Shown here: positions 1-11,275 of the stretch, in pieces | Numbering within the stretch: position 1 is the stretch's first letter | Layout: the number at the start of each line of letters is the position of its first letter | Source of the DNA: Octopus bimaculoides | Taxonomy: Eukaryota | NCBI RefSeq assembly: GCF_001194135.2 | Contig: NC_068983.1 | Location: 156,975,280-157,016,545 of the forward strand | Direction: 5' to 3' | Length of the DNA stretch: 41,266 bases | Translations under genes and position numbers: made by a program | Notes under the pieces: model-generated | The model's input: only the letters and a program-made list of their open reading frames with translations | What the model was told of the DNA's origin: nothing | Databases searched by the model: none

Positions 1-297
1 TGTGTGTGTGTGTGTGTGTGTATGATCCAGGGAACGATGTGTAGGAAGAAAATTCAAGCAATTCGTTAGTAAATATAAGAAATGGTTTATTGAGACAGAA
101 GGTTGTGGAATTTTTTTTTTTTTTCCTATCGATGTACAATAAACTGAAAAATGTTCTTTTTATATTTCACGGTCGGTGACCAGGGCTGAATCTTCCAAGT
201 GTAAAACTTTCATTTAATCAAGATATACTTGGCCTGAACAGTAGCCTGCAGTATACACCTCGCTTGGATATTTACCACTTCTGGGCTTCCGCTCGCT

Positions 298-490
298 AGG
301 ATAAAGTCTTGGCTCCAGACGCAACCTATTGACTTCTACAGACGAGGTATTCACAGCTGTATAAAGTGATGAGAGAAGCGTGTCACCATTGCTCGTGGCT
401 ATGTAGAGAAGGACTAATAATTATACCGAGTTTCGTTTATCCCAGTCCTTGGTAAGTGGGTCAGGGGAAATCGTTAATGAACACCTCTTG
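298..490 (+). mobile_element. mariner (Tc1/mariner) 3' end remnant: transposase C-terminus plus 3' TIR
   Basis: 301-420 translates IKSWLQTQPIDFYRRGIHSCIK**EKRVTIARGYVEKD**, matching the mariner C-terminal RWEKCV...GxYVEK pattern with two nonsense changes. It is followed by a TIR-like ...TTAATGAACACCTC. Confidence 0.8.
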
Positions 491-679
491 CATTTAGGAC
501 TTTTCATTTTCTCACTCTCAGTTTTTCTGTCAATATGTATGCACACATGTACGTATACATTTATGTATGCATATATATATATAATATANNNNNNNNNNNN
601 NTATATATATACATATATATATATATATATACATATATATACATATATATGTATATACTGTTTCAAACATATTCTTATT

Positions 680-1015
680 ATTATTATCAAAGAATATGTA
701 TATGTATTTCTACATATATGTATTTTCATGCTTACACTGTTTTTAACATGTTCGTCTTATTATCAGAGAATGTGTGATAATCAGTATGTAACACTACAAA
801 GCTCATACAAAGCTTTATACTTTAAATATATTCCTGTTATTATCATCAAAGAATGTATATATGTATGTTAATACTCAAACTGTTTTTTAACATTTTCTAT
901 TATTCTCAAAGACTTTTGATAATCTTTTTCTAAAAAAGTGAAACCGGTTAAGTGAATAAATATCTTTAAAATAAGTGCATTTTCAAACCTTCTTTCATAT
1001 ATATTAATATATATA
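680..1015 (+). repeat. dispersed ~330-bp repeat, copy 1 (probable PLE terminal region)
   Basis: Aligns by eye along its length with 25735-26067 (e.g. ATCAGAGAATGTGTGA..., CTCAAAGACTTTTGATAATCTTTTTCTAAAAAAGTGAAACCGGTTAAGT). Confidence 0.85.
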
Positions 1016-1164
1016 TACATATATACATACATATATACATACACATATATATATACATATATACATATATATACATACATATATACATACATTTATATAC
1101 ATACATGTATACATACATATTGAGAGAAAACCTGAAAGTGAGATAATGAAAAATCCTAAATTCG

Positions 1165-1480
1165 AGAGGTGTTCATTAAAGATTATCCCTGACCCACTGC
1201 CCAAGGACTGGGATAAACGAAATTTAGCATAATTATTAGTCCTTCTTAACATATATACCACCAATGGTGACACACATCTCCCATCGCTTTATACGTCTGG
1301 AGCCAAGACTTTACCTCGGAAATAAGTTCATCATCATCCGAAAAGTGCCTCCCCTTCAGAAAATGTATATGGTTGGAAAGAGGTGGAAGTCAGATGATGT
1401 GAGGTGCATCGAGCATCTGCAGGAGAGGTCTTCTCAAGGCCAATACTGCAGTATTCGACGTTCTAATGGAGCATCCACGT
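1165..1480 (-). mobile_element. mariner 3' end remnant, same family as 298-490, opposite strand
   Basis: The minus strand reads LTSSDFHLFP (frameshift) FLKGRHFSDDDELISEVKSWLQT (deletion) IKRWEMCVTIGGIYVKKD**. SDFHLFP follows the mariner YSPDLAP-SDF motif. TIR-like CGAGAGGTGTTCATTAAAG at ~1163-1181. Confidence 0.85.
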
Positions 1481-1899
1481 TAAGCTGAATATAAACATTG
1501 CCTTTCACGTGTACTTTTCGTTTCGATCAATCACTTAGTTCACTAATGTGTCCAAAAAACAGAGTGATAGGAGTATACCTAGAATATAACTAACTGTAAT
1601 ATAACAGAATCTGGAATGTGGCTATAAATGGGGGTAACCATTCGTGGATTCTATTGCTTAGTTCTGGGGGGAAATAACTTCTTTGTGGCTCCGAAGAATC
1701 CAACAGAAAGCATTGTACAGGATGAACTTTTAAAAAAATGATTCTCCATCGGTATCAAAGATGAGTAATCAGTTTTTTTCTTATCAACGGCTAAGTATTC
1801 CACAAACACGTGTACCATTGAGTTAATCCTGAAATTGAACTCAGCATAACAAAGTATGCAAAGGCTGGACCTTTGAATTATAGTTGCAGTCAAAATTAT

Positions 1900-2025
1900 G
1901 TCTGTCCATACATTTTCCGTCTACCCTGCTGCGCAAACAAGGCTCTGATTTACTCTGAGCTGAGGTAAAAGACTTGCCTAAGATGCTACGCTGTGGGATC
2001 GAACAAGAAACCTTGTGATTCGGCA
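1900..2025 (-). mobile_element. diverged SINE head related to SINE family B
   Basis: The reverse complement has a B-box-like GTTCGATCCC followed by CATCTTAGGCAAGTC and GGTAGACGGAAA, as in family B. Confidence 0.55.
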
Positions 2026-3182
2026 GTGTTGCGTCCATTGAGACCTTTATAAACGAAGCTTACTTCATATATGCATTTCTTCTGCTGTGTGTTTTCCCTA
2101 AATGCTTTTACTCAGTTAACCGTTAAGCTAAATCTGATTACGTTGTGTCAATGTTCTCTATTTAATTAAACACGAGACCAGGTGGGAATTTAAATACCAC
2201 CTGTTGACTTCAAAAATAGTAACCACATGTCCATCGAATCAAAACCTCAACCATTTTTTAGTGCGGAAGAACATATTGTACGATGTAGTTCTAGATAGCC
2301 TTAAAAAGACATGAAGGATTTCAATCAACGTTGTTGTGGAGCTTCAAAAAACATCATTAAACTACCAATCTTTTTATTTTTTCCGACCTCTGTCGGCTTG
2401 TTTACGTATTTATTGACCTGAGTTTGCTTTTTCATCCATCTGTGTAACTATGTGGTCACACAGGAAAAGATTTGTCTATTTTTCTAAAGATTGACAGAAG
2501 TAATTCAACAAGATACAAGTGAAATAAAACAAACTACTAATACAGAAGATAAAAAAAGGGCCAGATGGAAATGATAAATGACACAAGACTTGCGTTTATG
2601 AGGGGATCGTTGACTGCAGCAACCTTGCATTTGTTTTACTATTTTACTTTTATGCAACTTAATTGCATTAACTGCAGTTGCTTGTTTGAAGTGTCTTGTG
2701 ATATATAGTTATCTAGCAAATGTTCTTCAGAGATAAATACCAAGAGCAAATCTTTTGAGAGTTTCTTCAGAAATGAGAAACATTTATTCATGTTCATTTT
2801 CATACATCAAATGCTAATGTATATCTGTGTAATATTTAGATGGGTATGAATGTGGTTATAAATTCACAGGTACACAAGTATATAAACATATATATGTACA
2901 ATTATGTGTATAATTACAACTGTAAACGATATTTGCCTCGAAATATCGAAATATTCGCATGCATTAATATGTAAATATGAGATTTAGCGATGAGAATAAT
3001 GATAATCGGAATCCACCAACGCGCTTTAGCCTAAAAAAGGTTGTTGACTGAACAGGATCCTGCATCTCCCCTTCTCTTTATTCTTTGCCAACACCCTTAC
3101 CGATCTCGCTTTCCTGTCTATCTCTCTTTGTTTACCTATACATATAGGATAAAACAATAAATCTGTAAAAATTTAATTCAGT

Positions 3183-3297
3183 ATGTGTGTGTGTGCACGC
3201 GTGTGTGTGTGCACGCGTGTGTGTGTGCACGCGTGTGTGTGTGCACGCGTGTGTGTGTGTGCACGCGTGTGTGTGTGTGTGTGTGCACGCGTGTGTG
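3183..3297. repeat. compound (GT)n-GCACGC alternating purine-pyrimidine satellite running into an assembly gap (N 3298-4047)
   Basis: Repeated GTGTGTGTGCACGC-type units read directly. Confidence 0.95.
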
Positions 3298-4635
3298 NNN
3301 NNNNNNNNNNNNNNNNNNNNNNNNNNNNNNNNNNNNNNNNNNNNNNNNNNNNNNNNNNNNNNNNNNNNNNNNNNNNNNNNNNNNNNNNNNNNNNNNNNNN
3401 NNNNNNNNNNNNNNNNNNNNNNNNNNNNNNNNNNNNNNNNNNNNNNNNNNNNNNNNNNNNNNNNNNNNNNNNNNNNNNNNNNNNNNNNNNNNNNNNNNNN
3501 NNNNNNNNNNNNNNNNNNNNNNNNNNNNNNNNNNNNNNNNNNNNNNNNNNNNNNNNNNNNNNNNNNNNNNNNNNNNNNNNNNNNNNNNNNNNNNNNNNNN
3601 NNNNNNNNNNNNNNNNNNNNNNNNNNNNNNNNNNNNNNNNNNNNNNNNNNNNNNNNNNNNNNNNNNNNNNNNNNNNNNNNNNNNNNNNNNNNNNNNNNNN
3701 NNNNNNNNNNNNNNNNNNNNNNNNNNNNNNNNNNNNNNNNNNNNNNNNNNNNNNNNNNNNNNNNNNNNNNNNNNNNNNNNNNNNNNNNNNNNNNNNNNNN
3801 NNNNNNNNNNNNNNNNNNNNNNNNNNNNNNNNNNNNNNNNNNNNNNNNNNNNNNNNNNNNNNNNNNNNNNNNNNNNNNNNNNNNNNNNNNNNNNNNNNNN
3901 NNNNNNNNNNNNNNNNNNNNNNNNNNNNNNNNNNNNNNNNNNNNNNNNNNNNNNNNNNNNNNNNNNNNNNNNNNNNNNNNNNNNNNNNNNNNNNNNNNNN
4001 NNNNNNNNNNNNNNNNNNNNNNNNNNNNNNNNNNNNNNNNNNNNNNNCTAAATTAATTTTATAAAAAACATTTCAGTACCGGTTTCAGTCATTGAGACTT
4101 TTTCAATTGTAAGTATAGAAAACAATTAAATTTTGCAAAAATTAAATGAAAAGTTTTTTAAAAGAATATTTGCATAGTATTCAAATACAAGGGGCATTTT
4201 CCTTGTTTCTGCCTGTCTCTGTCTTTCTTGTTTACTCTTGTGGGTTCAAGATCGTTGTGAATTCTTGGCAGAGAAGAAGAAGAAGAAGAATGTGGGAGTG
4301 CTATGCTAGTAGTAGGATGTTAAATGGTCAAGTGCCCTGAAAGTGGCTCGTTGTGGATGATTGTAGTGATTGAATTCTTGAGATATGTCTTTTGAATGTA
4401 TTGTTTATGATATTTGCGTAGGTGTTATTCTAAACAGCAATAGTAGTAAAGTAAGGAAGGAGGTGTCGGATAGGAAGAAGAAGAAGGAGACAGAATAATA
4501 AGAGAATGCAGGATGATAGGATAGTAGTAGGATGTTAAATGGTCAAGCGACCTAAAAGTGGCTCGTTGTGGATTATAGCAGTGATTGGGACTGTTTTAAA
4601 TTAATTCTCGGGTATTTCTTTTGAATTAATTCTTG

Positions 4636-4674
<39 letters not shown>

Positions 4675-6411
4675 AATAATGACCTGCACTCCTCGGAGCT
4701 GGCGATGTACATCCCCCACTTCAACTCACACATTTCTGACGTATTTGTCTTTCCTTTCATCATCTTTTGTTGGCGCCTATCGAGCACAGTATGCCCCACT
4801 TCTATTCACTACGCCCAGCCCTTGCTTCTCAGAATGTTGGCCTACTTGAAGAATCCCTCATCCTCTTCCCTCTTTCCCACCAGGTGTTGACGAGCATTGG
4901 TTCAAGAGGGACACTAATGACATCAATCTCATTAATTAGTAGTAGATATGCATACCGATTAAGTAAAACAAAAAACGTAGCAATTCAAAATTCAAATGAT
5001 AGACAAACATTCAGTTACCAGTAATCAATAACTACAAATTCGCTATCATCTCTTCTCTTCTGTTTTCCTTCCCAAAACCGGCAATCTATGATCCCCACTT
5101 GCCCAAACCTATTCCATGCACTCACCAGTTCGTATCCTTTAATTCTTACAGTATGACATCAAGCACAACTGAAATATTCAGTCATTTTTGTGGTCCAGTT
5201 CTCTGGAAGTTACACCTATGAACCGCTGCATTTGAACAAAAACGTATGGTAGTATTCACTGGTATCTATTTACGGCTAGATGAATAACACTGTTTAGATA
5301 TTGTCTTAACTACTTGCACTGCGTAGCACGTCTAACAAAACTCGAACCATTAAATACTCGATTTATGTTACTACGATCCTCATTTTCGGTCAACTAACTG
5401 CAGCACTTCGTCAACACGATACAGACCTTTGTATGTGATTCCTGATTTTGCTAAGTCATTATCCTACTGATTCAACCAATGGCGGTTGAAGGCATAATTT
5501 GGAATGGTAATGAGATAACGACAAAACAAATGTTTATAATTCTTTCCTGATTTGCTGTTTTAAATTTATATGATTTCATTTAATTTTGTACTTTCATTTT
5601 GGGTGTTTATTCGATGTCTTATTCTTTGTTTACCTGCTTTTTGTTTTTTCTTGTTATTATCTTTCATCATTTACTCATTTTTGTTATTATTCTAGTTGTT
5701 GTTGTTGTTGTTGTTTACAGTTTCTAAATTCATAATTTGACTGAAGATTAGATGTCTCTGAAATCCAGCTGCCAGTTTTGTTGTAAGTAATGAGAAAAAT
5801 GTGTTAACTTTAACTAAATGAGAAAACGTTTCCAACGCTCTAGTAAGACTTAATCAACATGTTGGCTAAATTAGGTCTTAAATGGGCTTTATTATACATT
5901 AGCTTAAGGGAAACCATAAGATACCTGCTGTCATTCTATCTGTGCTAGCACCTCGGAGACACTTCCGAAAAATAGAAATAGAAAATTTCTTATTCACAAT
6001 ATTATTGTTATTTAATTTATCGCCATTTCTAAATGTGATTCTGCTTCCGAAAATAAATCAAAGTTTTGCGAATGCCATAAAGCAAGAAGCAATCTTCCTT
6101 GATGTAGTCACTGTATCTTGAGTTCAATTCCTGATTGCAGATATTTCTCGTTAAATACATTTAGATATAATTGGGAGAAGGGATTAAAATCGTACTTCCT
6201 TTATAAAAAGGTTTGAATTCGACTTGACGTTGAATACGCTACTAATGTCGACAGCAACAAGCACTAATTTCACAAAACTTTTGAAAACTAGAGTCTACTG
6301 GTAAGTGAAATTGGAGGATAAGCCTCCAATAGATTTTACATCATGAAAGCTGTAATGGTAGTAAATAAAAAAAGAACATGGATCTAAAATGCTGGAGAAG
6401 GTTAATATTAA

Positions 6412-7975
6412 TCCTTTTAAAACGGTTGACGTAAATTTATGCTCGCAATGTACATGCTTTAAATCGGTCGACGTAATTACATGCCGTCTGACTTAGAACC
6501 TGTTGCCTGAGTTAGTACCAGTCCACCTGCCAACTGATAGGTCGATTAGATGTTTCATGTAAATATTTACAACCCCATAGGCTGGTCCTGCTACTCCTGC
6601 TCTCTCAACTTCGTCGTCGCGTCCTACCACTTCGGCTCCGTCAACTTCGTCGAATTTTCGGTCGTCGCGCGAAGCTACTCCAAGCTCCACCACCTCACCA
6701 GTTGTTGCTTACGGTTCGGACCATTACTCAGAGAGCGAGTATTTTACCTGTTCAGAATCAGATGATTCTGATAGCGACGATGATATTCCGGTGAATCAAA
6801 GGTACATGCGCGCAGCAGTGAATTGCCCTGGAGAACAGAATGTCTCGTGGAGAGCGAGAGACAATTTTGTCCGACGGCACGGGTTTGCTGGTACGTCTGG
6901 CATAAAGGCAAACCTTGAACATAGAAATCTTCCACGAGTTTTTGACAGATGAAATGTTGCAATATGTAGCGGACGAATCGAATGACTACGCTGAAAACCA
7001 TCCCCAGTGTGTCAGACACGGGCATGGCGGTGATTAGTTTCCAACCACAAGGGACAAAATCAAAGTGCTGATTGCCCTGTAGATACTGATGGGTATCGTG
7101 AAGAAACCGACCCTGGCGTCACATTGGAATTGGGATCCAGCCACATTGACACCTTTCTTTCGGGAAACGATGCCACATGATCGATTTTTGGCGCTTCTTC
7201 GAAATCTCCATTTCAACTCAGGCGCGAACCAGGATGACAGGCTGCACAAAATACGTCCTATCGTTGACGAAGTGGCTGAAAATTTCAGAACGATGTTTGT
7301 CCCCACACAGGACATTTGTACGGACGAGAATTTGTAGAAATTCAAGGGAAGGCTCCGATTCAAACAATACAATCCGATCAAATATGTCTGCTTGGTAGTC
7401 AAAGTTTATGAAGTATGCCACTGAACTGGCAGAGCCTGTGGGTACACGTGGAATTACAAAATCTACTCTGATCAGGACAGATTGGATCTTCCAGCGTCTA
7501 CTCTAATGTCACCTGATGAAAATTTTCTTTACAAAAGATTACAATATTTATATGGACAACTGGTTTTCCAATCCACACCGCTTTCTGCAACTGCAGGCGA
7601 AGAGAGCTAATTCCTGTTGGGTTGTGAAGACGCACAGGAAAAACATGCCACCCGATTTTCATAAGATAAAACTTCGAAAGGTGAATGTATTTGAGTACAA
7701 TTTACATGAAATTTCTCGTCTACCCGCAATGAAAAATTAGATTCAAAATGGTTAGCAAAACCATAAGCTTTCGTCGGGTAAGTATTGTTTGCAGAACCAT
7801 CATATTTGACAAGTGAGGTAAAGAGAATTTTACAAAATTGGTAAGGATTATTTTTCGGACTGTGAATACTGGTTGTGTATGGGATGTAGAGCGATGCATC
7901 TAAGAGGAGGTTGTTAGCCAAACGTCTAGGTCTTACTATTTCTGATGGGTATACGTGAAGCATATGCATTGCCAG
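6412..7975 (+). pseudogene. degenerate piggyBac transposon (PGBD4-like DDD transposase, DDE_Tnp_1_7-type) with left end; right TIR not found
   Basis: TTAA at 6408-6411 followed by (T)CCTTT... and two subterminal ..CGGT(T/C)GACGTAA repeats. Pseudo-translation gives IFHEFLTDEMLQYVADESNDYA, MGIVKKPTLASHW, TMPHDRFLALLRNLHF, DRLHKIRPIVD, DICTDENL*KFKGRLRFKQYNP, YNIYMDNWFS, and remnants of a Cys-rich C-terminus. Several stops and frameshifts. Confidence 0.92.
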
Positions 7976-8436
7976 CGATAATTAACATGGAACTGGCAGA
8001 CTGCTGGCCAGCCGATTAACTAAACATACTGTAAGAACTAGGAGATGGGGCGTGTTTTATAGTCTGTAGTTGTGTGATGAGAAGTCACGACTAGACAGTA
8101 GTCGAATCACCCAATAAGTGCAAAGACGGATCATCATTTGACAGGAACCAAGTGTTGGTTTGAGAAAGAGATCGAAAAATGTTTGGATTGCTTGACGCCA
8201 GAAATACGCTAATGGTGATGGGAAGGGTAGCTCTCAAATCTTGATTGAGTCATAACGGAGCTATCATCGTGTTATGGCCATTTTAAACTCGGTGGAACTC
8301 AACCTTCTTTCGGTCTGATCACAATCGAATTTTCAGAAAGAAAGTTTGAAATGGAAAAACAAACTGAGAAAAAGGAAAAAGAAAAATTGGCCTTAGTACT
8401 TGACCGACGCTTTATTGATCGCGATAAAAATTTAAG

Positions 8437-8523
8437 GTTAACCTCAGGCGGATTTGAACTCAAAGAACAGAAAGACGGATCTAATACAACACTTTAACGA
8501 CTCTGCCAACCGACCGCCTTAAC
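8437..8523 (-). mobile_element. SINE family C head fragment
   Basis: The reverse complement AAGGCGGTCGGTTGGCAGAGTCGTT...GAGTTCAAATCCGCCTGAGGT matches the other family C copies. Confidence 0.7.
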
Positions 8524-8868
8524 TAGAATAAATAAGAACTAGGTATTATAGGAGCCAACTAGGGAACTTCGACGTTGTCACTCGACCCGATAAAATTAGC
8601 AACTACGTTTACTCTCAAGCCACACTGCGCAGTGTTAAAACGAAAAAACACATTGGATAATGTCGTTTTGGATATACAATAATACGTGATGGTCACAGTC
8701 GGAACGCATTTGTTCGATCAGTACTGCTCAATAGTCAATCAATCAATACAACAAGCTCTTATGAAAAATGACAACACAGTAAAATTCGTTGGACCGAAGT
8801 TAATGGATTCCCTGGAGAGGATGTCCTATTTCCAGCCAGCCGTTTATTAGTTGACCTTGTAAACTCAC

Positions 8869-8930
8869 CTTACTGTTTGCACCGGACCAGGGTGACAAAT
8901 CAGATTCTGTGTTCTGCAATGAGTGTTGGT
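8869..8930 (-). CDS. candidate 62-nt internal exon of an unidentified host gene
   Basis: Acceptor ccacatttcacAG| and consensus donor AAG|GTGAGT. After a phase-1 join to the 14345-14463 exon it reads (D)QHSLQNTESDLSPWSGANSK with no stop. No homology recognised. Confidence 0.35.
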
Positions 8931-8959
8931 CTGTGAAATGTGGTCTATCCAACGACAAA

Positions 8960-9290
8960 TACACCACGTGACACATCAAACTCTCCAGCCAACCACCAAC
9001 ATATCACCCAACAACAAATGCATCATATAACATCATGCACGCACCCAATATCAATGACCACCACCCATCATGAAACATATCACCCAACAATAAACACACA
9101 ACCAAAATTGAACACGTAACCCAACATCAGATCTCACAACATCAAACACATTACCTAACAAAATACATGCCACTCAACAATAAACACACTAGCCAACATC
9201 AGATATCTGACCAACATTAGATACCCTATCCAACATCAAACACACCACCCAATACCAAAGACATCGCTGAACATCAAACACGTACACACA
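8960..9290. repeat. degenerate C/A-rich minisatellite (~18-20-bp CCAACATCAAACAC-like units)
   Basis: Recurring ccaacatcaaacac / ccaacaataaacacac / ccaacatcagat motifs, with very few G on the + strand. Confidence 0.75.
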
Positions 9291-9855
9291 CTGATCTTGA
9301 GCACTAGTTAGATATGATACACGACTAAGAACTATTATTCTTTTATATTATTTTATATTGCTGTCCTTTTATATTATTTTATATTGCTGTCCTTTTATAT
9401 CACACACTTATTTTTCCTTTTAATTTATTGTTTCATTATAATCCTTTAAATTATACAACTTTAATACTTTTATTGTATTTTTGTTTGTCGTAATTTATGC
9501 ATTCTTGTTTTTGTTTGGATAATTTCAACGTAACAATGATTATTCTGACATGATCACTCCTAATAAATTTGATTAAGAGAACTGTCAAAGTGTGAAGAAA
9601 ACAAACCTGACAGCTAATATTTTTCATGATAATTTTAGTTCAGTTGGACTACGCATTACAACTTTATGATTAGCATTTGAGAGTTGGATAAATGGAATAT
9701 TGTGAATTGCATATCTTTTACATGTATTTTAACTGCGTAAAAGAAAAACATTGACTATAAATGCGGATTGAAACCGTGTTGTGGACATTATTGGCAAACA
9801 TATTGACCTTTGATCTAAAGTGATAGTTTGTAATACTAATATATGTTGACATTAA

Positions 9856-10222
9856 AAGCGGCGAGTTGGCAGGGTTGTTAGCGCACCAGTCATAATACTG
9901 AGCCGCTATTTGTTCTGGCTAACATTTTGCCATCGATGAAAATAGTACCAGTTGAGCACCGGGGTCGATTCTACTAAAATTATTGATCTTGAGCCAAAAT
10001 GAGAATTGGTTTCAAATTTTGGTACAACACTATCAATTTCGGGGGGAGAGGGTAAATCGATTACATTGACCACAATCTTCAACTGGTATTTATTTTATCG
10101 ATCCCTAAACAAGAAAGGCAAAGTCGATCTCGATAGGAGTTGAACGCAGAACGTAACGACAAGCGAAATGCCACTAAGCATTGTGCCCGATCTGGTATCT
10201 ATTCAGCCAGTTCGCCGCCTTA
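9856..10222. mobile_element. two SINE family C copies tail-to-tail (9856-10004 +, 10005-10222 -)
   Basis: The + copy starts GCGGCGAGTTGGCAG...GTACCAGTTGAGCACCGGGGTCGAT. The - copy reverse-complements to AAGGCGGCGAACTGGCTGAAT...GTTCAACTCC...TCGACTTTGCCTTTC...AAAATTTGAAACCAAT. Confidence 0.8.
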
Positions 10223-10602
10223 GAAAAGGAAGAGATATATATTGATATTAAATCGATTGATTGGCAGAATCGTTAGTTATGTCTCTTTACGTTAAGAGTT
10301 TGAACAACACCGGGGTCAACTTTGCTTTTCATTCATCTAGACTTGACATGAATCGCTATCAGGAACTCGGAAGAGCCAACGAGGGAGTTCCTACGTTGTT
10401 CTTCAGCCTGCTAGATATAGCAAGAAAATCTCCCCCTAACAACACCTTATAAAAAAGGGCACATTGTGTAATTTAGTCGAGGGCAGACTGTCGAAACGCA
10501 ACATATGGGCGCAGCAAGGATTTAGATTGGAAATGTTAATACACGTAACTAGGTATTCCTATATATATATATGTGTGTGTGTGTGTATGTGTGTGTGTGT
10601 GT

Positions 10603-10964
10603 GGAGGCGCAATGGCCCAGTGGTTAGGGCAGCGGACTCGCGGTAATAGGATCACGGTTTCGATTCCCAGACGGGGCGTTGTGAGTGTTTATTGAGCGAA
10701 AACACCTACAGCTCCACGAGGCTCCGGCAGGGGACGGTGGCGAACCCTGCTGTACTCTTTCACCACAACTTTCTCTCACTCTATCTTCCTGTTTCTGTTG
10801 TACCAGTATTTCAAAGGGTCAGCCTTGTCACACTGTGTCACGCTGAATATCCCCGAGAACTACGTTAAGGGTATACGTGTCTATGGAGTGCTCAGCCACT
10901 TGCACGTTAATCTCCCGAGCAGGCTGTTCCGTTGATCGGATCAACTGGAACCCTCGACGTCGTA
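10603..10964 (+). mobile_element. tRNA-derived SINE family A, lacking the extreme 3' tail
   Basis: A-box TGGCCCAGTGG and B-box GGTTTCGATTCCC. Closely matches the reverse complement of 37513-37916. Confidence 0.92.
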
Positions 10965-11084
10965 TACGTACACAGAAGTTGCACGCATGCGTAGACAGAA
11001 GTTGCACAGATGTCCATCGTATGTATGTTTATGTGCGTGTGTATGTGTGAATGTCTTTATCTTTCTATTTATTTCTCTCTACGT

Positions 11085-11275
11085 GGCAGCTAGTGTTGGT
11101 TACTTTTAGTTTGTTTACATCCCCGTAACTTAACGGTTCGACAATACGCGGACGATATAGAATAAGTACCAGGCTTCAAAATTAGTCCCGAGGTTGATTT
11201 CATCAAATAAACTTTTCAACGCATGCTCCAGTATGGCCGTATCTGGTGTGTGAAAACAGTAAAAGGATATACTTT
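11085..11275 (+). mobile_element. SINE family B 3' half
   Basis: GTTTACATCCCCGTAACTTAACGGTTCG...AGAATAAGTACCAGGCTT...GCTCCAGTATGGCCG, matching the 3' half at 21473-21640 and 40161-40350. Confidence 0.75.

Noticed and set aside
2915-5965. Extending the minus-strand gene with small exons near 5925-5960, 3101-3135 and 3028 downward
   Set aside because: A frame-consistent chain can be built, but it needs an atypical acceptor and very short exons. This is over-fitting without RNA data.
6211-6300. Plus-strand 90-nt exon (FEFDLTLNTLLMSTATSTNFTKLLKTRVY) with a GTAAGT donor
   Set aside because: Weak acceptor (AAAAG), no partner exon and no recognisable protein.
8425-8440. AAGGTTAA as the piggyBac right terminus
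   Set aside because: It is part of a minus-strand SINE C fragment and does not match the left subterminal repeats.
10603-10680. tRNA genes (also SINE B and C heads)
   Set aside because: A/B boxes are present, but there is no complete cloverleaf or terminator, and each continues into a SINE body seen in multiple copies.
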